From Macrostomum lignano (lineage: Eukaryota), in assembly GCA_002269645.1 (NCBI GenBank), contig NIVC01003200.1:1-64000 (forward strand): DNA of 64,000 nt, given 5' to 3'. Below the pieces are notes generated by a model. It had not been told where the DNA came from. It was given only the letters and a program-made list of their open reading frames with translations, and ran no database searches. How positions within the stretch are numbered: position 1 is the stretch's first letter; every line of letters begins with the position of its first letter. Shown here piece by piece: positions 1 to 11,942 of this stretch. The position numbers and the translations under genes are program-made.

Positions 1-144
1 TTTTCCTTTTCCTTTTTACCTTTGTTTTTGCCATTTGCTTACTTTTTATGTTTGTTTTGTTTTAAAAATTAGAAATTTAATTAAAAATTTTTTAAATTTC
101 TATTTTTGGTTTAACGATCTCAATTTCTCATAATATAATATAGA

Positions 145-340
145 TAGCCGTAACCGTCCCGTATATTGGCGCACAAAAATTGTTGCTATGTTGTAAAAAA
201 AGGTCTTTTATTGTCGCAAGGCAGGTAGTGGCGGGCGCACACGGCGCGGCGCACACGAGGGTTTTTGTGTCGGCGCACGGCGCACAATTTTGGGAGAGGC
301 CAAAATTTGTTCCGGCGCACACTCTGCCACCTTCCTGACT
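145..340. mobile_element. Possible small non-autonomous DNA-transposon relic with clustered GCGCAC(A) subterminal-like motifs
   Basis: GC-rich patch in AT-rich DNA. It starts TAGCCGTAACCGTCCCGTAT and has ~6 GGCGCAC motifs. No clean TIR pair or TSD found. Confidence 0.25.
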
Positions 341-376
341 ATGGGATCAGCAAAAAAATAAAGAGCAAATACTTAC

Positions 377-425
377 GAAATGCAAGCAGAGCTAGAAGAA
401 GGACGGAAACTGCAAAAACTCTCAT
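377..425 (-). CDS. First coding exon (signal peptide) of a secreted or membrane protein gene that continues beyond the left edge
   Basis: ATG at 425 gives MRVFAVSVLLLALLAF+1 nt (basic residue then hydrophobic core), followed by a consensus GTAAGT donor (plus-strand ACTTAC 371-376), phase 1. Possible upstream acceptor TTTCTGTAG ends at 460. Confidence 0.55.
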
Positions 426-1856
426 TCTACTTGCTTGACTTTCTTGATCACAGAATAATCTACAGAAATGGCTCACTGACGTGATGAAAGAAAAAAATAA
501 TACACGAGCAAGTTTATGCTGAAACTGAACTGTAATTTGTAGAAAACGTGAATGGGTTCTACGAGCATTTTAAGTACGCGCTATTTCTATCACTAGATTT
601 AACAACGACATACGAATTAGAACATCTGTATTATAGTGCATCTAAAGAAAAATATAATTCACCTTTCGTAATTTTTTATGGGCTGCTATTTAGGAAATAT
701 CTTTGAATTTAAAGAATGTAAGTTGCATGAGAGCCGTTTCAACGCCCTATTAATAATTGTACAACTACGCGAACATTATTACACTGTATAACGACCAAGC
801 ATTTCCCTGGGTAGTTTATAATTCATTCTTCTCTTAACTATAATATGTGTTGCGGGTAAACGATAAGTATTTGCATGAAAGTTAAGAAGGAGTATATGTT
901 TTTTGAAATTAATTGCTCTTAATTATTGCACTTTTACTTCATACCCCCATTAATAGCTATTGACGACTGTACGTTGCATCAAGTAAAGCGCCATGCACTT
1001 ATGGATTTGCACTTATGCACTTATAGATTTTAGTCTGTGTAGATTTTAAGACTAAAAAATTGAATTGCAATTCCGAAAACCAAGAGGCTGCGTTCTTAAA
1101 TATGCAATCTAAGAATAATTGAAGAGCTAAGGGTATTAAAGAATGTTCTCACATACGGGTTAGTAGTTACATGTAAATCATGCTCTAAAGAAAATCGGGT
1201 CCAGCTAGATGTACACATGTACTTCGAAGTACATAAATTGAAGCCCCTTCAATGCTAAACACTGTAAAGTTACATGCAGTATTTCAACGTATGTCATGCA
1301 TTTTACTGAGAGTGCTTGTTGTAATCTTGCTTCGTCGCGACACGTTCCAGAAATACTTCTAATCTAATACTAACATAACAGTAAAATAAATTTAAATTTT
1401 GTAGAAAAAAAGTGTATGAAATGTCGAATTTTGCATGTAGCACGGAGTCACGGACACAGGACAGCAGTAAATTCCCTTGCATAAAAAGCGGATTGCATGT
1501 ACAATGTCGCCTAAAGGGCAAAAAAGATTAAAAGACTGGTTTAATGGCGAGTACTCGTAATTACCCTGAATAGAAAGACTGCATGCTGTTCTGCAGCAGT
1601 ATCTCTCGTTGTCCATTTTTTGCAGCTATTACTTTTTTAATTAGAGCGGATTACGGAAGTGCTGGGTGATTAAGACGGGCTGTCTATTCATCATGACCGC
1701 TAATGACATGTAGGACCTCATTGCATGCAAGCTTTACAAAGGAGGAAAAGGCCATTATGAAACCATGGGAATCAGGAAACCAACACTGCCGATGCCTGTT
1801 ACTGATCTTTTGAGCTACCGAGATGATTATATGAAAGCTCATTTTATTACATTACA

Positions 1857-2955
<1,099 letters not shown>

Positions 2956-3138
2956 TAATAAGATGAAAGCAAACATATCCTCAAAGCAATATGAGATCGA
3001 GCTTCCATCAACTGGAAAAGCTTGAGATCTAAGTAGGCTGGAAAAAAATTTGAGACATCTGCATGGTCTGTTCATCATAAAATTGCTAATTCATGATGAC
3101 TCCGAACCCACCCGGTCCCCAGGGAGAATCGAGACGTG

Positions 3139-3146
3139 ATGCGGAG
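3139..3146 (+). CDS. TP53I11: TP53I11-like candidate start exon 1a (ATG CGG AG|)
   Basis: ATGCGGAG|GTAAGT is a perfect donor in phase 2. Joined to the 18165 exon it gives MRRKQSSGDLVSRLKTRK, matching MKKHSQTDLVSRLKTRK of vertebrate TP53I11. The spliced CDS totals 633 nt (210 aa). Confidence 0.55.
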
Positions 3147-3820
3147 GTAAGTCACGCCATGGCGCCACGTTTCCAACTGGGCGAACCCGAGCCGAGCCGC
3201 CTGCCAGCCAGAGGGACCACCTTCGTGCCTCGAATCGCCTCATCTCTACTACAGATAGTTCAAGCTAAGGCAGCGACATCTTTTCCTCTTTCCTCTCTCG
3301 CTCCGGTCGGACCTGCTGCAGCCTGGCCTGCCGGATTATTGTGTAGAAAGACGAGGGTCGCGAAGGAGTGAAGGAAAAGACGGAGCTAAGAAAAAAGCGC
3401 CGGATTTGGATTGGCCTGCTCGAAAATTCTTATTTTCTTTCTCCCAAGAGAAAAAAGGGATAAAAATCCTCACTGATCCCGGTTCTCCTCTCTGCGGAGA
3501 GGCTGGGCAGAGCTACGCGATTTTCAATCGAATTTCGGCATCTTTCGATAAGACGTCGGGTATTAAAGGTTGAAATAGATTTCTGTGAGTACACGAATTA
3601 AATAATTTTTGTCTGTAATATTTCTCAATTCGATTTCCTAACATTCCGCAGTTTCCTTTAGCTTAACACAGTTCCAAATTCTAGGCTTTTTTGTAGTTTA
3701 TACAGTTTTCTACAGCTATCCAAATCAGTCTTCTAGAATTCTTCACTGGAATTTCAGTTACAGTTCGACAAATTCTTGTATTTCCCACGGTTTAAAATTT
3801 GTAACTTTCTACACTTTCGT

Positions 3821-4077
3821 ACAGTTTCACACAGTTCCCTACAGTTTCACACAGTTCCCTACAGTTTAACACAGTTCCCCACAGTTTCACACAGTTCCCT
3901 ACAGTTTCACACAGTTCCCCACAGTTTCACATAGTTCCCTACAGTTTCACACAGTTCCCTACAGTTTCACACAGTTCCCTACAGTTTAACACAGTTCCCC
4001 ACAGTTTCACACAGTTCCCCACAGTTCCCCACAGTTCCCCACAGTTCCCCACAGTTCCCCACAGTTCCCCACAGTTT
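3821..4077. repeat. 20-bp (2x10) minisatellite ACAGTTTCACACAGTTCCCT
   Basis: Tandem units decaying into (ACAGTTCCCC)n. Confidence 0.95.
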
Positions 4078-4604
4078 GTCGACACTATGAAAATTTTAAG
4101 CAGTTTGTCTCGAATATATAATTTACTATCTATAATATTGTGCAGCTGGCACTGTACTTGTATAAACAGAATCGTTATAATGTCAAAATATGTCTACACA
4201 TGTACTCTAAAGAGTAGCTAGAAGCCCAGGCCCGTATCAGACTGTGACTCCCGAGCTGTGTCAACATTGCTTCAGAGATATTCAGCTATATGTATATGCA
4301 ATAGTTACCAACGCTACTACTACTATACTAAATGAATCAATGCTTGCTCCACAGCGGAGGTCGAAGTTGAAGTCGAACTTTTCATAAGATCAATAATTCC
4401 ACACTTGAGCTTAGCAACCTAGCCAGGTTGACAGGCAGCCCATGGAGGCGAGTGTTAATGGCATCGAATCCACTTATGGCGAATTCTTTTTCACTTTTTG
4501 GCGACCTATTTTTAGGCCATAAAAATCAATTTGTTTCTTACGAGCTTTAAGGCTTGCATAGTCTTACATTTTATAGACGATGTGACTAAAAGCATTGAAC
4601 TGAC

Positions 4605-4702
4605 CAGGGGTCGGCAAACTCCGGTCCGCGAAGCCTCTCTATCCGGCCCTCGGGTCCTTTGAAACTTCACAATAGCAATCTGGCCTGCTCAGGGGTTGTC
4701 TC
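4605..4702 (+). mobile_element. hAT/Charlie-type transposon end (MER58-like terminus)
   Basis: CAGGGGTCGGCAAACTCCGGTCCGCG...ATCCGGCCC resembles the Charlie/MER58 terminus. A related copy lies in opposite orientation at ~34955-35057. No partner TIR found. Confidence 0.65.
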
Positions 4703-5570
4703 TTCTCCACAGTCTCCTCTCTCCCCTCTCCTCTATCCCTCTCCTCTCTCCCCTCTCCTCTCTCCCCTCTCCTCTCTCCCCTCTCCTCTCTCCCCTCTTC
4801 TCTCTCCCCTCTTCTCTCTCCCCTCTCCTCTCTCCCCTCTTTTCTCTCCCCTCTCCTCTCTCCCCTCTTCTCTCTCCCCTCTTCTCTCTCCCCTTTCCTC
4901 TCTCCCTCTCCTCTCTCTCCTCTCCTATCTCCCCTTTCTCTCTCCCCTCTCCTCTCTCCCCTCTCCTCTCTCCCCTCTCCTATCTCCCCTTTTCTCTCTC
5001 CCCTCTCCTCTCTCCCCTCTCCTCTCTCCCCTCTCCTCTCTCCCCTCTCCTCTCTCCCCTCTCCTATCTCCCCTCTTCTCTCTCCCCTCTCCTCTATCCC
5101 CTCTCCCCTCTCCTCTCTCCCCTCTCCCCTCTCCTCTCTCCCCTCTCCTCTCTCCCTCTCCTATCTCCCCTCTTCTCTCTCCCCTCTCCTCTCTCCCTTC
5201 TACTCTCTCCCCTCTCCTCTCTCCCCTCTCCTCTCTCCCCTCTCCTCTCTCCCCTCTCCTCTCTCTCCTCTCCTATCTCCCCTCTCCTCTCTCCCCTCTC
5301 CTCTCTCCCCTCTCCTCTCTCCTCTCTCCTCTCTCCTCTCTCCTCTCTCCTCTCTCCCCTCTCCTTTCTCTCCTCTCTCCCCTCTCCCCTCTCCTCTCTC
5401 CCATCTCCTCTCTCCTCTCTCCCCTCTCCTCTATTCCCTCTCATCTCTTCCCTCTCCTCTATTCCCTCTTCTCTCTCCCCTCTCCTCTCTCCCCTCACCC
5501 CTCTCCTCTCTTCCCTCTCCCCTATCATCAATCCTTTCATCCTCTCTCTCCTCTTCTCTCTCTCTGTTAT
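4703..5570. repeat. Pyrimidine-rich (CTCTCCC/CTCCT) minisatellite attached to the hAT end
   Basis: Almost pure C/T tract with ~19-bp periodicity. Confidence 0.95.
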
Positions 5571-6074
5571 TATCTCTTCTTTATTGAATATTTAATATCA
5601 ATTTTTAATTATTGAATATTAAAAAAACTAAAATCAGCGATTTATTGTAGATATTTTCAATAAAAAAGTCTAACCATATTCAATTTCCGGAGAAAAGTAT
5701 GTAAAATAACTTTCACTCAGATAGAAATGGCGTCAGCAGGGTTCTTGATTAAAAGTACATTCGCTAATACCACTCAATCGCTGGCTAGTGGGTAAGTTAA
5801 GACTGTGCATTAATCTGCTTAGGAAAGCTCATTTCATTACTGATCTTGGGCGTTATAAAAATATGAAAATTAAATTGCTAAAGCCACCCTTAGCTGGGAG
5901 TCATGAATCCCTGATACTCTCCGTGATTCCTAAATACTGTAGTTTAATTTCTCATGCCTAAGCCTCGCTAATGAAACGTCTTGAGCACACGCTTAACTCA
6001 ATACCTTATTGAAATTCCCTTATTCATTGGAACTAACAAGCGAGAAGAGTGCAGATTTTAAATAATATGTGTAC

Positions 6075-7368
6075 CGGTTTTTCTTCCCATTCGCAGTATT
6101 TTCATTCATTCACAGTTTCTCTCTCCATTCACATTTTCTCTTTCCATTCACAGTTTCTCTATCCATTCACAGTTTCTCTTTCCATTCACAGTTTCTCTAT
6201 CCATTCACAGTTACTCTTTCCATTCACAGTTTCTCTATCCATTCACAGTTTCTCTATCCATTCACAGTTACTCTTTCCATTCACAGTTTCTCTATCCATT
6301 CACAGTTTCTCTATCCATTCACAGTTACTCTTTCCATTCACAGTTTCTCTATCCATTCACAGTTTCTCTATCCATTCACAGTTTCTCTCTCGGCTCACAG
6401 TTTCTCTTTCCATTCACAGTTTCTCTATCCATTCACAGTTTCTCTTTCCATTCACAGTTTCTCTTTCCATTCACAGTTTCTCTTTCCATTCACAGTTTCT
6501 CTTTCCATTCACAGTTTCTCTCTCCATTCACAGTTTTTCTATTCAGTCACAGTTTCTCTTCCATTCACAGTTTCTCTCTCCATTCACAGTTTTTCTATTC
6601 AGTCACAGTTTCTCTTCCATTCACAGTTTCTCTATCCATTTACAGTTTCTCTCTCCATTCACAGTTTTTCTATTCAGTCACAGTTTCTCTTCCATTCACA
6701 GTTTCTCTATCCATTTACAGTTTCTCTATCCATTCACAGTTTCTCTTTCCATTCACAGTTTCTCAATCCATTCACAGTTTCTCAATCCATTCACAGTTTC
6801 TCTTTCCATTTACAGTTTCTCTCTCCATTCACAGTTTCTCTATCCATTTACAGTTTCTCTATCCATTCACAGTTTCTCTTTCCATTCACAGTTCCTCTAT
6901 CCATTCACAGTTTCTCTATCCATTCACAGTTTCTCTATCCATTCACAGTTTCTCTATCCATTCACAGTTTCTCTTTCCGTTCACAGTTTCTCTTTCAATT
7001 CACAGTTTCTCTTTCCATTCACAGTTTCTCTTTCCATTCACAGTTCCTCTCTCCATTCACACAGTCCCCTCCATTCACAGTTCCTCTCTCCATTCACACA
7101 GACCCCTCCATTCACACAGTCCCCTTCATTCACAGTGTCCCCTCCATTCACACGGTCCCCTCCATTCACACGGTCCCCTCCATTCACACAGTCCCCTCCA
7201 TTCACACAGTCCCCTCCATTCACACAGTCCCCTCCATTCACACAGTCCCCTCCATTCACACAGTCCCCTCCATTCACACAGTCCCCTCCATTCACACAGT
7301 CCCCTCCATTCACAGTGTCCCCTCCATTCACACAGTCCCCTCCATTCACACAGTCCCCTCCATTAACA
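6075..7368. repeat. Compound 18-bp minisatellite: (TTTCTCTWTCCATTCACAG-type)n, then (TCCCCTCCATTCACACAG)n
   Basis: Two related 18-mers in succession. A near-identical copy of the start of this block recurs at 10059. Confidence 0.97.
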
Positions 7369-7586
7369 GTAGTGTCATTTTTACGCGTAGAAATTTAACC
7401 TTCAATATTCATTCAACCGTCATCAGAAGTTCTGTGCTCATAAGGCAATATGCCTAAAGCTCTAGAGATCGTAATCGAACTTTATTCAAATCTACTTTAT
7501 ATCAATTTTTGCAACATCATTTTTCGCTCGACAGAACCCATATTGTCAAGCAAAAATTTAAAAACACCGCAGACTTTCACTAAACG

Positions 7587-7621
7587 ATGGACGAGCCTCA
7601 AGGATCAGTGGCCAGAGAGAG
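7587..7621 (+). CDS. TP53I11: TP53I11-like candidate start exon 1b (MDEPQGSVARE + AG|)
   Basis: Acceptor CCGCAG ends at 7572, ATG at 7587, donor GAG|GTGAGT at 7622. It is phase 2 and in frame with the 18165 exon (MDEPQGSVARERKQSSGDLVSRL). Confidence 0.6.
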
Positions 7622-7675
7622 GTGAGTCACCAAAAATGCACACATATACTACTGCGGTGTGCATTCTGACCCGAG

Positions 7676-8957
7676 CACTCACTGAGCATGTGCACTCGCT
7701 GGGCATGTGCAGTCACTGAGCATGTGCAGTCACTGAGCATGTGCACTCACTGAGCATGTGCACTCACTGAGCATGTGCAGTCACTGAGCATGTGCAGTCA
7801 CTGAGCATGTGCACTCACTGAGCATGTGCAGTCACTGAGCATGTGCAGTCACTGAGCATGTGCACTCACTGAGCATGTGCACTCACTGAGCATGTGCAGT
7901 CACTGAGCATGTGCACTCACTGGGCATGTGCAGTCACTGAGCATGTGCACTCGCTGGGCATGTGCAGTCACTGAGCATGTGCACTCACTGAGCATGTGCA
8001 GTCACTGAGCATGTGCACTCACTGAGCATGTGCACTCACTGAGCATGTGCAGTCACTGAGCATGTGCACTCACTGAGCATGTGCAGTCACTGAGCATGTG
8101 CAGTCACTGAGCATGTGCAATCACTGAGCATGTGCAATCACTGAGCATGTGCACACACTAAGCATGTATCAATACACTCACTGAGCATGTGCAGTCACTG
8201 AGCATGTGCAGTCACTGAGCATGTGCACTCACTGAGCATGTGCAATCACTGAGCATGTGCACTCACTGAGCATGTGCAATCACTGAGCATGTATCAATAC
8301 ACTCACTGAGCATGTGCAGTCACTGAGCATGTATCAATACACTCACTAAGCATGTGCACACACTGAGCATGTATCAATACACTCACTGAGCATGTGCAGT
8401 CACTGAGCATGTGCAGTCACTGAGCATGTGCACTCACTGAGCATGTGCAATCACTGAGCATGTGCACTCACTGAGCATGTGCAGTCACTGAGCATGTGCA
8501 GTCACTGAGCATGTGCAATCACTGAGCATGTGCAGTCACTGAGCATGTGCACTCACTGAGCATGTGCAATCACTGAGCATGTATCAATACACTCACTGAG
8601 CATGTGCAGTCACTGAGCATGTATCAATACACTCACTAAGCATGTGCACACACTGAGCATGTATCAATACACTCACTGAGCATGTGCAGTCACTGAGCAT
8701 GTGCAGTCACTGAGCATGTGCACTCACTGAGCATGTGCAATCACTGAGCATGTGCACTCACTGAGCATGTGCAGTCACTGAGCATGTGCAGTCACTGAGC
8801 ATGTGCAATCACTGAGCATGTGCAGTCACTGAGCATGTGCACTCACTGAGCATGTATCAATACACTCACTGAGCATGTGCAGTCACTGAGCATGTGCACT
8901 CACTGAGCATGTATCAATACACTCACTGAGCATGTGCAGTCACTGAGCATGTGCACT
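7676..8957. repeat. 17-bp minisatellite CACTGAGCATGTGCA(G/C/A)T with 23-24-bp ...GTATCAATACACT variants
   Basis: Tandem array. It is the insertion target of the Gypsy element and resumes at 18027. Confidence 0.97.
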
Positions 8958-10007
8958 TGTTATACTCGCGGGCTGCGATCTCGTCTAGCCCGGTCGTTTT
9001 GTTTCCCCGGGGTAGCGGGTTCGGTGCGGGACTGCCCCGGGCGCGCGGCGGAGGGATGGACGGAGGACGAACGACTGGCGCTTCTCGAGGCGGATGGCCA
9101 CTCCGAGGGGAAGAGGAAGAGATGCGACCCGGGGCGCACAGGCACTCCTTGGTCACGGAAGGCTCGGGGTACTTCCGCGGTCAGCGGAGCGGATAGCCAC
9201 TCAGAGCCGGCCCGGGAGTCACCGAGGTGAATGTGGAACGAGGTGAAGGTGAAGGATTGGCCGGGGCGTACAGACACTCCAGACCAATCAAGAGATACGA
9301 GGTGATGGATTAGCTGGGGCGTACAGACACTCCAAGCCAATCGAAGAGTGCAGGTGAGCAAGGGGGTGAGTAGGTGAAGCGATGAGGCGGCGAGGATGGA
9401 GGGAAGACACGTGCAGAGAGCCCCAAAAAACGCGAACGCAACCCGAATAAACGTAATTTAAGCTCACCGGGCGGGGTCAAATCGACTCATGCAACGCAGT
9501 TTATTTGGCCGTAGTAACTGTTCTGGCAGCTCGGAGACGGCGGGTGGCACGGATTAGCTTGCTACGAAGTGTTCCGATAGTTTGCAGGGCTCGTGCAGTT
9601 TTGTACTTTTATGATAGTTTTCTTACTCAGTTGCTGGTGTAGCTCTAACCGCAAAAACCAAGCCGCGTGCCACCGGCCGGCTCCAAGCCAGCTAATAAAT
9701 AGTATGCCAAAAAATGGGGGAGTGGGCCAAACCGGCCTGAGCGCAAATACTCACACAACAGACCCCGCGAGCACCCCACCCTAGCCCAGCCAATCAAAAC
9801 ACGCGCTGGGTAAGGCTTTACGCACGAGGGGGGGGGTTAGAAAAGCGAGGGTCTGCCGGCCCAGCCAGCCAATCAGACCACACGCCGGCTGCCTAAAACC
9901 AAAGCCGGCTGAACCAACTCAAACCAGCTAGGCCGGCAGACCGGGCGGTTCGCATGCACCAAAAAAAACATGTTGATGAGAAGGTCATTGTGGCGCAGGC
10001 CACAACA
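8958..10007 (-). repeat. Left LTR (1050 bp), flanked on both sides by CACT like a solo LTR
   Basis: By eye it differs from the right LTR by 2 substitutions (9062, 9082) and a 1-bp G-run indel (~9720). CACT plus 17-mer satellite follows at 10008. Confidence 0.95.
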
Positions 10008-10933
10008 CACTCACTGAGCATGTGCACTCACTGAGCATGTGCAGTCACTGAGCATGAGCGGTTTTTCTTCCCATTCGCAGTATTTTCATTCATTCACAGT
10101 TTCTCTCTCCATTCACATTTTCTCTTTCCATTCACAGTTTCTCTATCCATTCACAGTTTCTCTTTCCATTCACAGTTTCTCTATCCATTCACAGTTACTC
10201 TTTCCATTCACAGTTTCTCTATCCATTCACAGTTTCTCTATCCATTCAAAGTTACTCTTTCCATTCACAGTTTCTCTATCCATTCACAGTTTCTCTATCC
10301 ATTCACAGTTTCTCTATCCATTCACAGTTTCTCTCTCGGCTCACAGTTTCTCTTCCTATTCACAGTTTCTCTATCCATTCACAGTTTCTCTATTCATTCA
10401 CAGTTTCTCTATCCATTCACAGTTTCTCTATCCATTCACAGTTTCTCTATCCATTCACAGTTTCTCTATCCATTCACAGTTTCTCTTTCCATTCACAGTT
10501 TTTCTTCCCATTCACAGTTTCTCTTCCATTCACAGTTTCTCTATCCATTCACAGTTTCTCTATCCATTCACAGTTTCTCTATCCATTCACAGTTTCTCTT
10601 TCCATTCACAGTTTTTCTTCCCATTCACAGTTTCTCTCTCCATATACAGTGTCCCCTCCATTCACAGTTTCTCTTTCCATTCACAGTTCCTCTCTCCATT
10701 CACAGTGTCCCCTCCATTCACACAGTCCCTTCCAATCACACAATCCCCTCCATTCACACAGCCCCTCCATTCACAGTTCCTCTCTCCATTCACACAGTCC
10801 CCTCCATTCACACAGTCCCCTCCATTCACAGTTCCTCTCTCCATTCACAGTGTCCCCTCCATTCACACAGTCCCCTGCAATCACACAGTCCCCTCCATTC
10901 ACACAGTCCCCTCTGTGTGTAGAGGGGACTGTG
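10008..10933. repeat. Inserted host-derived block: 17-mer satellite (10008-10056), copy of the 18-mer arrays (10059-10914) and a 13-bp foldback
   Basis: 10059 onward matches 6075 onward (CGGTTTTTCTTCCCATTCGCAG...). CACAGTCCCCTCT (10902-10914) and AGAGGGGACTGTG (10921-10933) form an inverted pair. Confidence 0.93.
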
Positions 10934-10936
10934 CCA

Positions 10937-10957
10937 CAGGCCACAACACCCTCCCCC
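10937..10957 (-). other. 12-bp LTR terminus remnant (10937-10948) plus polypurine tract (10949-10957)
   Basis: CAGGCCACAACA is identical to the LTR end. It is adjacent to CCCTCCCCC (GGGGGAGGG on the element strand). Confidence 0.8.
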
Positions 10958-11156
10958 GCAAAAAAACAAAAAAGGAAAAACACAAAAAAAAGAAAAGAAC
11001 AACGCGATGACTCAAGCAACAGCAAAAAAACGTACTGTACGTGCCGCGATGTGATCATGACGCAACTGGCAGGGGAGAATGACATAATGACGCAAATGGC
11101 AAAGGAGAATGACATAATGACGCAAATGGCAAATGGCGCGGGAGAGTGGGCTACTG

Positions 11157-11645
11157 GCGTCGGACAGCGGGCCGCAGGTGTCGGAAAGCGGGCCGCAGAC
11201 GCCGGACAACGGGCCGCAGACGCCGGACAACGGGCCGCCGACGCCGGACAGCGGGACGCAGACGCCGGAAAGCGGGCCGCAAGCGTCGGACAGCGGGATG
11301 CAGGCGCCGGACAGCGGGCCGCAGACGCCGGACAGCGGGCCGCAGATGCCGGACAGCGGGCCGCAGACGCCGGACAACGGGCCGCAGACGTCGGACAACG
11401 GGCCGCAGACGCCGGACAGCGGCCGCAGACGCCGGAAAGCGGGCCGCAAGCGTCGGACAGCGGGACGCCGGCGCCGGACAGCGGGCCGCAGATGCCGGAC
11501 AGCGGGCCGCAGACGCCGGACAACGGGCCGCAGACGCCGGACAACGGGCCGCAGACGCCGGACAGCGGGACGCAGACGCCGGACAGCGGGTCGCAGGCGT
11601 CGGAAAGCAGGCCGCAGTCGTCGGGAAGCGGGGCCGCAGGCGTTG
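11157..11645. repeat. 21-bp GC-rich tandem repeat GACGCCGGACAGCGGGCCGCA in the 3' region of the Gypsy element
   Basis: ~23 units, stop-free in most frames (AADAGQR / PQTPDSG / SAARCPA). Confidence 0.95.
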
Positions 11646-11942
11646 GACACGCACTCCCACTCCTCTGTCAGCCCTCGTCTCAATGAATCTTAGGGACTAC
11701 CCCGGTGAGCTTCCGGGACACGCATTCGCATTCGAAGGGGACGACTATGATAAGATGAAGATGAAAAGGGAACAGAAGACACCGCTTCCCAGCCCGTCCG
11801 CACCGACCCCCCTACCCCGCGATCCAGGCCAATCCCCGCAGCAGCCCCAGCAGACGCCAAAAGATGAACTGGGCGGTGGATGACGCAAAATGACGGTAAC
11901 TAGGCGGTTGATGACGCAAAATTACGATAACTGGCCCGCGCC

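Noticed and set aside
8923-9784. ORFs inside the LTRs (also at 16943-17812)
   Set aside because: GC-rich LTR sequence is open in several frames on both strands, with no protein motifs.
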